From Archangiaceae bacterium (GTDB taxonomy: Bacteria; Myxococcota; Myxococcia; Myxococcales; Myxococcaceae): DNA of 22,600 bases. The notes under the pieces were generated by a model. The model was given only the letters and a program-made list of their open reading frames with translations. It searched no databases and was not told the DNA's origin. The stretch covers positions 1 through 22,600 of the forward strand of contig JAYVCD010000460.1 of the NCBI GenBank assembly GCA_043750125.1. The letters run 5' to 3'. Made by a program: the position numbers and the translations under genes. This document shows, piece by piece, positions 1-7,914 of this stretch (its first letter is position 1; the number at the start of each line of letters is the position of its first letter).

Positions 1-143
1 CTGGCGACTTCACCCGCGGCGTGGCCCCCCATACCGTCGGCAACGATGTACAGACCCAGAACAGGGTCGAACAGCATCGCGTCTTCGTTGTGCTGTCGCT
101 TCCGGCCTACGTCCGTCAGGCCATGCGCTTCGGTAGTGAGCAC
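1..143 (-). CDS. PP2C/PPM-family Ser/Thr protein phosphatase, N-terminal part (runs off the window)
   Basis: Hand translation from GTG at 143: [47 protein letters not shown], with the PP2C motifs TDxGxxRxxNED and VADGMGGH. Not in the ORF track. Confidence 0.93.
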   Translation of the reverse strand, partial: MLTTEAHGLTDVGRKRQHNEDAMLFDPVLGLYIVADGMGGHAAGEVA

Positions 144-208
144 GGAGGCGTGACCTTACGGGACGCGATCAGAGCAGAGCAAGAATGTTTGCATCGCTCG
201 CAGGAGGA

Positions 209-739
209 TCATCGAGCCGCGCGCCGCTTGAGCTGAGCCAGGAAGCCTTCGGCGGTGAAGAAAGTCAGCTCGACCTGCCCCACCTTCACCCGGGCGCCGT
301 TGGTCAGAAGGTGGGGCACCTTGGGTTTGAGTTTGACCCCCGCGACCTCGGTGCCGTTTTTCGAGCCGGCATCGACGATCGTCCACGCGTCGGTTTTCTC
401 GTCGCGCGCAAACCAGGCGTGAAACCGGGAAACCGAGCCGGTGTCGATCTCGATGTCGTTGTTTCCGGTGCGGCCCAGGGTGACGCGCCGCTGAAACGCG
501 TTGTCCTTGGACTTTTCCAGATAGGCGACGGTGGGGTCTCCTCCCCCGATCGCGGTTCCGGTGATTCCACTGAAGGTCCGAAAGCGAAACGCGGCGCTGT
601 CCTCGTCGTCGTCCGACTCAGGGGTAATCGGAGTCAGCGGGGGCTCGTACATCAAGACGCAACGACCCGAGAGCTTGGCCTCGAAGCCCCTGGGGTCTTT
701 GATGTAGCGCTGGACGAAGGTGAGGAGCAGCTCAGGCAA
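209..739 (-). CDS. FHA domain protein
   Basis: FHA signatures LGR, SVSRFHA and DAGSKNGT. TTG start overlaps the upstream gene's stop; lies directly upstream of the PP2C gene. Confidence 0.92.
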   Translation of the reverse strand: MPELLLTFVQRYIKDPRGFEAKLSGRCVLMYEPPLTPITPESDDDEDSAAFRFRTFSGITGTAIGGGDPTVAYLEKSKDNAFQRRVTLGRTGNNDIEIDTGSVSRFHAWFARDEKTDAWTIVDAGSKNGTEVAGVKLKPKVPHLLTNGARVKVGQVELTFFTAEGFLAQLKRRAAR

Positions 740-1469
740 TGGGCGCCGCAGTTAACAACGCAAAACACTGTTGGTACAGCGCCGGTCGCGCCTCACTGAC
801 CCACGGCAGCTCGGTCACCACGCGCAAATAGAAGGGAGCGTGGCGGCTGAAATAGACCGCCCGGGCGAGATCGTCGAGGACGGCCTGGTTGAAGCCGAGC
901 CGAGCCGACGCCTGGGCGCGCGCGAAAAAAAGCGTCGGAGCGTCGGCGAAGCGCCCCAGCGCTGCGGCCAGCCGTCGCTTGGTGGCGAAGACCGACAGCT
1001 CGAGGTTCAGCGGGTTGATCCGATGCTGTAAAAAAAGGTGTTCGCGCAGGTACACCTCGGCCGAAGTCCCCGGGCGGGACGCGAAGAGCCGATCAAGTGC
1101 CTCGTGCGGTCTGGCTTGAACCAGCGCGAGCGTGGTCAGCCACTGTGATTCGCCTCCGGAAAAACCGGCCGATTCAAACAGCGACGGGTCGACCCGGGCC
1201 CCGGCGACGATTGCCGTGAGCATCGCGTGCCGCGCCTCGGCTTCTCTTCCCGGAAGCGCGCGCAGCATCGGGGGCAGCTCAGAAGGCCCCTGGGGAACCG
1301 GGCCGGGAGCAGAAGGAAGCAGGCCGGACATCAGCGACTGCCAATCGAGGCGCTGCAGGGTCGGAAAGCCTCCTGCTTGCGCGCGCATTCGCCGAACGTT
1401 CAAACGGTGCAAACCGATGACAGTAGTCGCGTAGACCGCCGCGACGCCACCCGCGAAGAGGACGCTCAC
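732..1469 (-). CDS. Hypothetical membrane-anchored helical protein, possibly TPR-like at the C-terminus
   Basis: 245-aa ORF in operon orientation. Hydrophobic N-terminus (VLFAGGVAAVYATTVIGL) and a TPR-like segment LFFARAQASARLGFNQAVLDDLARA. Start uncertain (see the mini-ORF finding). Confidence 0.7.
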   Translation of the reverse strand: MSVLFAGGVAAVYATTVIGLHRLNVRRMRAQAGGFPTLQRLDWQSLMSGLLPSAPGPVPQGPSELPPMLRALPGREAEARHAMLTAIVAGARVDPSLFESAGFSGGESQWLTTLALVQARPHEALDRLFASRPGTSAEVYLREHLFLQHRINPLNLELSVFATKRRLAAALGRFADAPTLFFARAQASARLGFNQAVLDDLARAVYFSRHAPFYLRVVTELPWVSEARPALYQQCFALLTAAPIA

Positions 1470-1491
1470 CCGTGCGGCGAGGAAAGCCAGG

Positions 1492-1701
1492 TCATGGCCC
1501 CTCGTCTTCGGTGTTGCTGTTGGCGGGAATCATCCCCTGCCCGTCTTCTTCGGATTCCGGTGAGTGGTCGACCAACCGATATTCCTCGCCCAGCCACTTG
1601 CCCAGGTCCACTTCGCGGCAGCGAATGCTGCAAAAAGGGAACGCGGGGTTCTGCGCTCGGGGAAGCGCCTCGCTCTTGCAGGTTGGGCATCGGGCCGCCA
1701 T
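1492..1701 (-). CDS. yacG: DNA gyrase inhibitor YacG (Zn-finger)
   Basis: 69 aa from ATG 1701: CPTC...FPFCSIRCREVDLGKWLGEEY plus an acidic tail, the typical YacG pattern. Confidence 0.93.
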   Translation of the reverse strand: MAARCPTCKSEALPRAQNPAFPFCSIRCREVDLGKWLGEEYRLVDHSPESEEDGQGMIPANSNTEDEGP

Positions 1702-1726
1702 CGTTCTAAAGACTGTAGCGACCCCC

Positions 1727-3079
1727 GTGAAAAAGCGAACCCTTCTCTTGATTCTGCTGGCCCTCGTCAGCTGCCGCGGGGGGACAACCAAGAAGGTCGA
1801 CCCTCTTCCTCCCCCGCCGACCTGTGGCGATGGAGCCATCGGCCCCGATGAAGAATGCGAAGGGTCCAACCTCGCCGGGGCCACCTGCAAGTCGCTGGGG
1901 TTCGACGACGGCGCGCTGACCTGCGCGGACTGCAAGCTCGTCAAAACCCAATGTACCCGTCGGTGCGGCAACGGCGTGGTCGACCCGGGCGAAGGTTGCG
2001 ATGGGACCCACGGTTTGTCTGCCTGCCCCGGCTTCGGGTACCCGCTGTGCACGGCGTCTTGCCAGTTCGATGTGAGTCATTGCGTGGCGGTGTTGTTTCA
2101 GACGGGGCCCGCGCTGTCGGTGATGAAGGGCGGCCCGGCGCTGATCGCGGACCTCGAGCCCAGGGGGCTATCGGATCTGGTGATGGCGGTTCCGTCTTTG
2201 GGTCGGCTCGAGACGTTCGGGTACACCGTCGAGCAGGGGTTCTTGACCGGGCGAAAGCTGTCGTATGGCCGTACGCCCATCGCGGTCACCGCAGGAGATC
2301 TCGATGGCGATGGGCGGGTCGACGTGGCCTCGATCAACGTCGATGGCGCGATCGATCGCTATCTGTATTCGGGAACTTCCTTCGCGTTCGGGTCGTTCGC
2401 CGATGCCGGGTGCCCGGCGTCCCAGTTCCTCGGGTCGCCGGTTCCTTCGGATGCCGGCACTTCGGTCTTGGCGCTGGGCTGCGCGGATGCGGGCGTCTTC
2501 AACGCGCTGATCGTTCAACGCCTCGGCGTCGGGCCGGTCACCCTGCCACTGACGACCTCGGCCGCAACGCTGGGGGATCTGAACGCCGACGGGCGGCTCG
2601 ACGTGCTCTTCGTGTCCGGAGGAAGCCTTCAGTCGCTGCTGGCTCCGCAGTGGATTGCAGGGCCCACTCAAGCGCTGCCGTCTTCGCCCTTGGCGATTGC
2701 CTCGGGTGACTTCGATGGCGATGGGGATCTCGATCTCTGCGTCCTCGAAGCAGGCGGCGTGGCGCTGTGGGAAAACACCGGAACCGGCTTCGCGGCGAAG
2801 GTCTCTTTCCCCGCCGCCGGAGCGCGGGAGCTGAAGGTGGTCGACCTCGATCTGGACGGGCGGCCTGATGTCCTCTGGCAGCTGGGCGAGAAGATTCAGG
2901 TGCGCAGAAACCAGAGCGGCTGGAATTTCTCGACCACCGAAGGCACGCTCGGGCCGGGGACGCTCATTTCGTTGTCCGTCGCAGATGCAGACGGCGACGG
3001 AGACCCCGATGTGGCTGCGACCTGCTCGGCGGGCGGCGACGCCACCGTAACCTACGTGCTGGTGAACAAGGTTCGTTGA
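1727..3079 (+). CDS. Lipoprotein with myxobacterial Cys-rich repeats and FG-GAP/VCBS beta-propeller repeats
   Basis: GTG 1727 gives MKKRTLLLILLALVSC (lipobox). Repeats CGDGAIGPDEECEG and CGNGVVDPGEGCDG; several GDxDGDGxxD motifs (GDLDGDGRVD, GDLNADGRLD, GDFDGDGDLD, DADGDGDPD). Confidence 0.85.
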   Translation: MKKRTLLLILLALVSCRGGTTKKVDPLPPPPTCGDGAIGPDEECEGSNLAGATCKSLGFDDGALTCADCKLVKTQCTRRCGNGVVDPGEGCDGTHGLSACPGFGYPLCTASCQFDVSHCVAVLFQTGPALSVMKGGPALIADLEPRGLSDLVMAVPSLGRLETFGYTVEQGFLTGRKLSYGRTPIAVTAGDLDGDGRVDVASINVDGAIDRYLYSGTSFAFGSFADAGCPASQFLGSPVPSDAGTSVLALGCADAGVFNALIVQRLGVGPVTLPLTTSAATLGDLNADGRLDVLFVSGGSLQSLLAPQWIAGPTQALPSSPLAIASGDFDGDGDLDLCVLEAGGVALWENTGTGFAAKVSFPAAGARELKVVDLDLDGRPDVLWQLGEKIQVRRNQSGWNFSTTEGTLGPGTLISLSVADADGDGDPDVAATCSAGGDATVTYVLVNKVR

Positions 3080-3121
3080 CGCGATCTGCGTGCGTCTGTT
3101 ACTGCGCGACGCTTTCTTTTT

Positions 3122-3194
3122 GCCGACTTAGCTCAGTTGGTAGAGCAGCTGATTCGTAATCAGCAGGTCACGTGTTCAAATCACGTAGTCGGCT
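3122..3194 (+). tRNA. tRNA-Thr (anticodon CGT)
   Basis: Cloverleaf: acceptor GCCGACT/AGTCGGC, D-arm GCTC/GAGC, anticodon arm GCTGA-TTCGTAA-TCAGC, T-arm ACGTG-TTCAAAT-CACGT. CCA not encoded. Confidence 0.97.
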
Positions 3195-3202
3195 CAGGTA
3201 AC

Positions 3203-3246
3203 GAAGACGGGCGACTGGCTCAACGGCCGGTCGTCCGTTTTCTTTT
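3203..3246 (+). terminator. Rho-independent terminator after tRNA-Thr
   Basis: GAAGACGGGCGACTGGCT-caac-GGCCGGTCGTCCGTTTTC, an 18-bp stem with G-U pairs, ending in TTTTCTTTT. Confidence 0.8.
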
Positions 3247-3314
3247 CGGAGCGCCAACGGCCCGTCGTGCGCGTCGCTGGCTTTTAGTCCTCGAGCGCAC
3301 CGCACCCGCCGTCG

Positions 3315-4787
3315 TCAGGTGCCGCAGAACGTGTGACTGACACGCTCTTCCGGACTCGGAGGCGCGGCCAGATGCGCCATTTCCGGTTGGTCCTCGTAGG
3401 GGCGCTCGAGCACCCGGACCAGCGTCTCGAACGGTTCGAAGTCGCCGTTGCGAACCGCAGCTTCAATGACCTCTTCCACGCGGTGGTTTCGAGGAATGAA
3501 CGCCGGATTCACCCCCCGCATTTCACGTGCGCGCGCTTCCGGGGCGACATCCTCATCGGTCAGCCGGCGCCGCCACGACTGTGCCCAGTCGGAAAAGATT
3601 TCGGGCTGGGAAAACAACGACGCGACCGCGGCATCCCCAGACGCATCGGCCGCTGCGAGGCAAAGACGGCGAAAGAAGACTGTGTAGTCGACGCTGTTTG
3701 CGGCAAGCCGATCGAACAGGTCGGAAGCAAGCGCGAGGTCCTCTTCCTGCGATTGGTGGAGCCCGAGCTTGGCGCGAAGGACGCGCGCGTGCGCCGCTTC
3801 GAACAGGGCCGGAAACCGGTTCACCCGGTCAGTCGCAAGGCGCAGCGCCACCGCTTCGTCATCGCCGATGATGGGCAAAAGGGCCTCGCCCAGCTTCGCC
3901 ATGTTCCACTGCGCGATGCGCGGCTGATTCGCGAACGCGTAGCGCCCCGCGCGGTCGATCGAGCTGAACTTCTTGTTCGGATCGTACTCGTCGATGAAAG
4001 CGCACGGTCCGTAGTCGAGGGTCTCGCCAGAGATCGACGTGTTGTCGGTGTTCATCACTCCATGCACGAATCCGACTCCCAACCACCGCGCCACCAGGCC
4101 CGCGTGGGCATTGACGACGCCCTCGAGCAGCGCCAGGCCATCAGGTCCTTTGTTCGCGGCATCGGGGTAGTGCCGGTTCAGCGAATACGATGCGAGCGCA
4201 GCCAGTGCTTCGCGGTCGTCGCGCGCGGCGAAGAACTCGAAGGTGCCGACCCGGATGTGGCTGGCTGCGACGCGGGTCAACACCGCGCCGGGTTGGACCT
4301 CGTCGCGTACGACGGACTCGCCCGTCGTCACTGCCGCCAGGGCACGGGTCGTCGGCACGCCAAGCGCAGCCATCGCCTCGCTGAGGATGTACTCGCGCAG
4401 GACCGGACCCAACGCTGCTCGACCGTCGCCGCCGCGTGAGAACGGTGTGCGCCCTGCACCCTTGAGCTGAATGTCGCGTCGCTTCCCGTCCTTGCCCACC
4501 ACTTCTCCGAGGAGAATCGCCCGCCCGTCGCCCAGCTGCCTCACGAACGAGCCGAACTGGTGCCCCGCGTACGCAAGCGCGACCGGGTCGGCGCCTTCGG
4601 GCACCGCGTTGCCGGAAAGGATTTGGGCTGCGACCCCACCGGTGAGCTCGCGCGCGTCGATGCCGAGCGACTGTGCCAGGGCCTGGTTGACCCGCACGAT
4701 GCGCGGCTCGCGCACTTTGGTGGGAAGGACCCGGGCGTAGAAGCGATCGGGCAGCCGCGCGTACGTGTTGTCGAAGGCAATCGTCAT
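3315..4787 (-). CDS. selO: Protein adenylyltransferase SelO (YdiU family)
   Basis: From ATG 4787 (MTIAFDNTYARLP): YAGHQFG, LGDGRA, QLKGAGRTPFSRGGDGRA, GFVHGVMNTDN, DYGP and C-terminal TFCGT. The upstream extension in the ORF track is probably spurious. Confidence 0.96.
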   Translation of the reverse strand: MTIAFDNTYARLPDRFYARVLPTKVREPRIVRVNQALAQSLGIDARELTGGVAAQILSGNAVPEGADPVALAYAGHQFGSFVRQLGDGRAILLGEVVGKDGKRRDIQLKGAGRTPFSRGGDGRAALGPVLREYILSEAMAALGVPTTRALAAVTTGESVVRDEVQPGAVLTRVAASHIRVGTFEFFAARDDREALAALASYSLNRHYPDAANKGPDGLALLEGVVNAHAGLVARWLGVGFVHGVMNTDNTSISGETLDYGPCAFIDEYDPNKKFSSIDRAGRYAFANQPRIAQWNMAKLGEALLPIIGDDEAVALRLATDRVNRFPALFEAAHARVLRAKLGLHQSQEEDLALASDLFDRLAANSVDYTVFFRRLCLAAADASGDAAVASLFSQPEIFSDWAQSWRRRLTDEDVAPEARAREMRGVNPAFIPRNHRVEEVIEAAVRNGDFEPFETLVRVLERPYEDQPEMAHLAAPPSPEERVSHTFCGT

Positions 4788-4878
4788 TGCTGGCGAGCCC
4801 TTTGACACCAATCCACCCGGGACGCCCGCATTCGGAACTTCCAGCCCCCCGCCTTGATGAACCCGACGCCGACATGAC

Positions 4879-4906
4879 TTCCGGCACATTCGCGTCGGTG
4901 CCGGAA
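4879..4906. promoter_or_regulatory. Perfect 9-bp inverted repeat, candidate operator
   Basis: TTCCGGCAC-N10-GTGCCGGAA in the divergent spacer, 16 nt before ATG 4923. Confidence 0.4.
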
Positions 4907-4922
4907 AAGTTCTTCTTCGCGC

Positions 4923-5297
4923 ATGACCACCGAACTTCAGCTCTCGTCGCAGCCGGCCGCTTCCCCTTCCAGGTCCCGGCACACTCTTTCCGACCGGGTA
5001 GGCCTCAACTTCACTCGCCAACTCGTGGCGAGTGCCCTCGGCCGCGCCCACCTGCTGACGCTGGTTGCCGACAGCGAGCGAAACGACGAGGGCCGCATCT
5101 TCGCCGGGCTGGCGCAGTACGAAGGTGACCCGTGGTTGGCGCGGGTCCTCAAACGCCACAGCGACGACGAGACGAGGCGCGGCACGCCGCGTTGCTCGAA
5201 GCGCGGATCACGGCCAACGGAACCGGCCGGCCCACTCTTCCGACCAATCTGTCGTTTGTGCTCGAGCGCAGGTGGCTCGACGTAGGCGCAGTGGCAG
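4923..5297 (+). pseudogene. Disrupted ferritin-like (diiron four-helix) protein fragment
   Basis: Frame 1 reads ...ADSERNDEGRIF...LARVLKRHSDDE; another frame continues DEARHAALLEARI. Removing a 5-nt tandem duplication (GACGA GACGA, about 5166-5175) restores HSDDEARH, a DExxH motif. Too short for a full domain. Confidence 0.6.
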
Positions 5298-6098
5298 GTG
5301 TTGGCGTGGGTGGGCTCACGGATCAACATCCCTCGCACCTCTGGCTTCGTCGACCTGGCGAGCGATGCGAAGTTCACCCGCACCGCCCACCGCGAACCGC
5401 ACCTTCAACGCCGTCGCGCGCTGCTCGCCGCGCGCCCCGAGATTCGGCGACTGTTTGGCTTCGACCGCCGCACCATCGCCGTCACCGTAGGCGTCGTGCT
5501 GACTCAGTTGGCGCTTGCGTGGGGGATGCAGCGCGCAACACTTCCCTGGGTGGCCACGGTGGCGCTCGCCTGGTTCCCGGGAGCGATCTTGTCGCACTGG
5601 CTGGGTCAGAGCATTCACGAGACCGCGCACAACCTCGCCGCCCGCACCCGGCTGGCCAACCGCGCAGTGGCGTGGCTGGCCAACGTTCCCCTGGTGTTGC
5701 CCATCGCGGAAACATTTCATCGCTACCATCTGGTGCACCACGTGCACCTGGGCGTCGAAGGGATCGACAGCGACCTGCCGGTGCCCTTCGAGGTGCGGCA
5801 CATCGGGAAGAGCTGGGTTTCGAAGCTGCTGTGGCTGTCGATGTATCCGGTCGTCTATCTGGTGCGGGGTACGACCTACGCGAAGGGGGTGTCGCTGGCC
5901 GAGGTCCAGGCTCGTGCGCGATGCAATGAATCCGTCCCCGGCGGCAATGCCAACACATCCGGCCGAGTCACTGCGGCGTTTCGTCAGCGAGGAGGAAGTC
6001 TCTCGTTAGCGCGCAATGTTCGGTCTTTTCGTATGCCACCGTCCTGGATCCCATCGGGCGTCATCGAAAAGATCGTCGAGTCTGTCTGCAGATGTTGA
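5298..6098 (+). pseudogene. Truncated DES1/DEGS-type sphingolipid delta-4 desaturase-like membrane desaturase
   Basis: EPHLQRRRALLAARPEIRRLFG (DES1-type N-terminal motif), His box 1 HETAH, His box 2 FHRYHLVHH..LG..IDSDLP. Similarity ends near 5905 and there is no third His box. Confidence 0.8.
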
Positions 6099-6209
6099 AA
6101 GGCACTCCATTTGCCATTGGAGGATCGGCCGAGCTTAACCACGCCTTGATTGTCGCCCACAGAAGACAACGCCTGATGCTGCTCGATGTCTCTGGCCTAC
6201 ACTGCAGCG

Positions 6210-7199
6210 ATGCGCTTCGTCCCGTTGCTGTTCGCTCTGATGATCGCGGCCTGCAATGGCGGCGGCAACACAGCGCGAGGCCCCGCTTCGCTGCTCGGCG
6301 CTCAGCCGCGCTTGCTGCTGCGTCCCGATGGAGGCGTCCCGCCCGTCGATGCGGGATTCGAGGAATTCGCGGTCTGGGTCGCCACCGCGGCCACGCCCGA
6401 CTCGATCCTGGTCCACTGCGATCAAATCGAATGCACCGTGACCGAACGCATCGCGCACCCGGCTGCGACGGCCGGTGTCTTCGCTCTGGTGGTCGACGAC
6501 TCTGGGTCGAACACCGTCGACTCGAGCGTGTGCGTTGGCTGCCCGACGGATCCCGACGGCGTTCGCAAAGCGGCGGCAAAGACTTTCTTTCGCACCTTGT
6601 TTTCGGGCGGCGGGCAATACCGCGGAGCGCTGTTCGACTTCGGCCCGGCGCAGGCCAACGCTTCGCTGTTGTCGACCCGAATGATCGCTGGCTACACCCG
6701 CTACCCCGAAAACCTCGTCACCGGAGCCGACCAACTGAAAAGCGCGGGCGGCACCTACATCTACGACTCGGTGTGGGACGTAGCGCCGACGCTGGCGGGC
6801 GAAGCGCTGGCCCTGGACGCCGGGTCCGAGGTGGCCAGGCACCTGCTGATTGTTTCGGACGGGGAAGACACCAACTCGACGAAGAATCTCACCACCGCAG
6901 TGACGAAGGCCGCTTCGCTGGGCGTAGTGGTAGACACGATTGGTTATGGAAGGAGCGATGGAGGAACCATTCCTCTGCTCGTGGGCAAGGCGTTTCGCGA
7001 TCTGCGGGTCATCGCTGCGGCGACCGGAGGCTTTTGCACTTTCACCCAGACTTCCGAGCTGCCCGTGCTGCTCGAAGCAACAGCCGAATCGTACCTTGCC
7101 GGCTCGGTCGAGCTGCGGGTTCGCGTGCCGCCTCCAGGACTGTCTTCGCTGTCCGGCACAGTGTCGGCTGAGGGCCGCAGCCTACCGTTCAGATTTTGA
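6210..7199 (+). CDS. VWA-domain lipoprotein
   Basis: ATG 6210 gives MRFVPLLFALMIAAC (lipobox). MIDAS motif LVVDDSGS, then GGTYIYDSV, LLIVSDGED and VDTIGYG. Confidence 0.88.
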   Translation: MRFVPLLFALMIAACNGGGNTARGPASLLGAQPRLLLRPDGGVPPVDAGFEEFAVWVATAATPDSILVHCDQIECTVTERIAHPAATAGVFALVVDDSGSNTVDSSVCVGCPTDPDGVRKAAAKTFFRTLFSGGGQYRGALFDFGPAQANASLLSTRMIAGYTRYPENLVTGADQLKSAGGTYIYDSVWDVAPTLAGEALALDAGSEVARHLLIVSDGEDTNSTKNLTTAVTKAASLGVVVDTIGYGRSDGGTIPLLVGKAFRDLRVIAAATGGFCTFTQTSELPVLLEATAESYLAGSVELRVRVPPPGLSSLSGTVSAEGRSLPFRF

Positions 7200-7914
7200 T
7201 TCGCCTGCGGCGCCACAACACGAGGAGCGCGGTCATCGCAACCCCCAGCCCCGACAGCTCGAACCCATGTTCAACAAGCCAATCGACTGCATAGGCGGCG
7301 GCGGAAGCCTGAGCGCCCACGGGCGCTCGAAGGTGAGTCCAGGGTCCCTTGGCAGAAATCATCCCCGAGGAAGACAGGCCCGCAACTCGAAAATCAATCT
7401 TCGTGGCCGCCCAGTCGTAGGTCGAAGGGAAACATGGGTTGACCCCAAGAAACGTCTGCCCTTTCAGCAAGAGTATCGTCTCGAGCTGGTGCGCCTTCGG
7501 GCCATCGTGCGCGTTGATTTCGAGCTGGTAAGCCGGAAAATCCTCACTGAAACTCAGGAACACCGCATCCGTTTCCCAGCTGCGATTGATCAACAGCAGG
7601 TCCGGAGTCCGCAGCGGCGATTCATCGATTCTCTGCACCTGGTATGGGCCAAAACGGGTCTCGTCTGGCCGGCCGCCGGCGGTCGCTCCAAGGGAGAATC
7701 CGCTGTCGGCCAACGCTTCGAAGCGAACCGCCTCTACGTCGCCCCGCCAAAACAGATCGGTGCCGATCGCAACGTCCCCTTTGACGTCGAGCAGCTTGAA
7801 CGAGTCGGCTCGCAGATAGATCACCGGCCGCTCAGGAAGGTTTCCCGACTGGGGTGAAACATTGGGCGTGCGGTTCCCACAACTGCTGAGAACCAGTGCG
7901 AGCATCAAGGGCAT
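7189..7914 (-). CDS. Hypothetical exported protein with C-terminal membrane anchor
   Basis: MPLMLALVLSSC lipobox-like start (ATG 7914, or ATG 7905 in a TGATG overlap with the upstream stop). C-terminus GLGVAMTALLVLWRRRRIKI. Confidence 0.65.
   Translation of the reverse strand: MPLMLALVLSSCGNRTPNVSPQSGNLPERPVIYLRADSFKLLDVKGDVAIGTDLFWRGDVEAVRFEALADSGFSLGATAGGRPDETRFGPYQVQRIDESPLRTPDLLLINRSWETDAVFLSFSEDFPAYQLEINAHDGPKAHQLETILLLKGQTFLGVNPCFPSTYDWAATKIDFRVAGLSSSGMISAKGPWTHLRAPVGAQASAAAYAVDWLVEHGFELSGLGVAMTALLVLWRRRRIKI

Noticed and set aside
3284..3317. Selenocysteine readthrough at the selO TGA
   Set aside because: TFCGT-stop is a normal bacterial SelO ending, and I see no convincing SECIS or meaningful extension.
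4788..5159. 124-aa N-terminal extension of SelO in the ORF track
   Set aside because: Family similarity starts at ATG 4787; the extension is antisense to the ferritin-like fragment.
5910..6185. Short ORFs after the desaturase breakpoint (5984-6169 minus, and the tail to 6098)
   Set aside because: No recognisable motif or start signal; probably remnant or spacer DNA.
6092..7171. Long alternative-frame or antisense ORFs (also 3333-4439, 8210-9409, 18052-19017, 20259-21347)
   Set aside because: Arg/Pro-rich shadow ORFs typical of high-GC DNA, overlapping well-supported genes.
7803..7811. AGTCGGCTC match to the tRNA 3' end as a possible attR
   Set aside because: Only 9 bp, inside a coding region, expected by chance, and no integrase is present.
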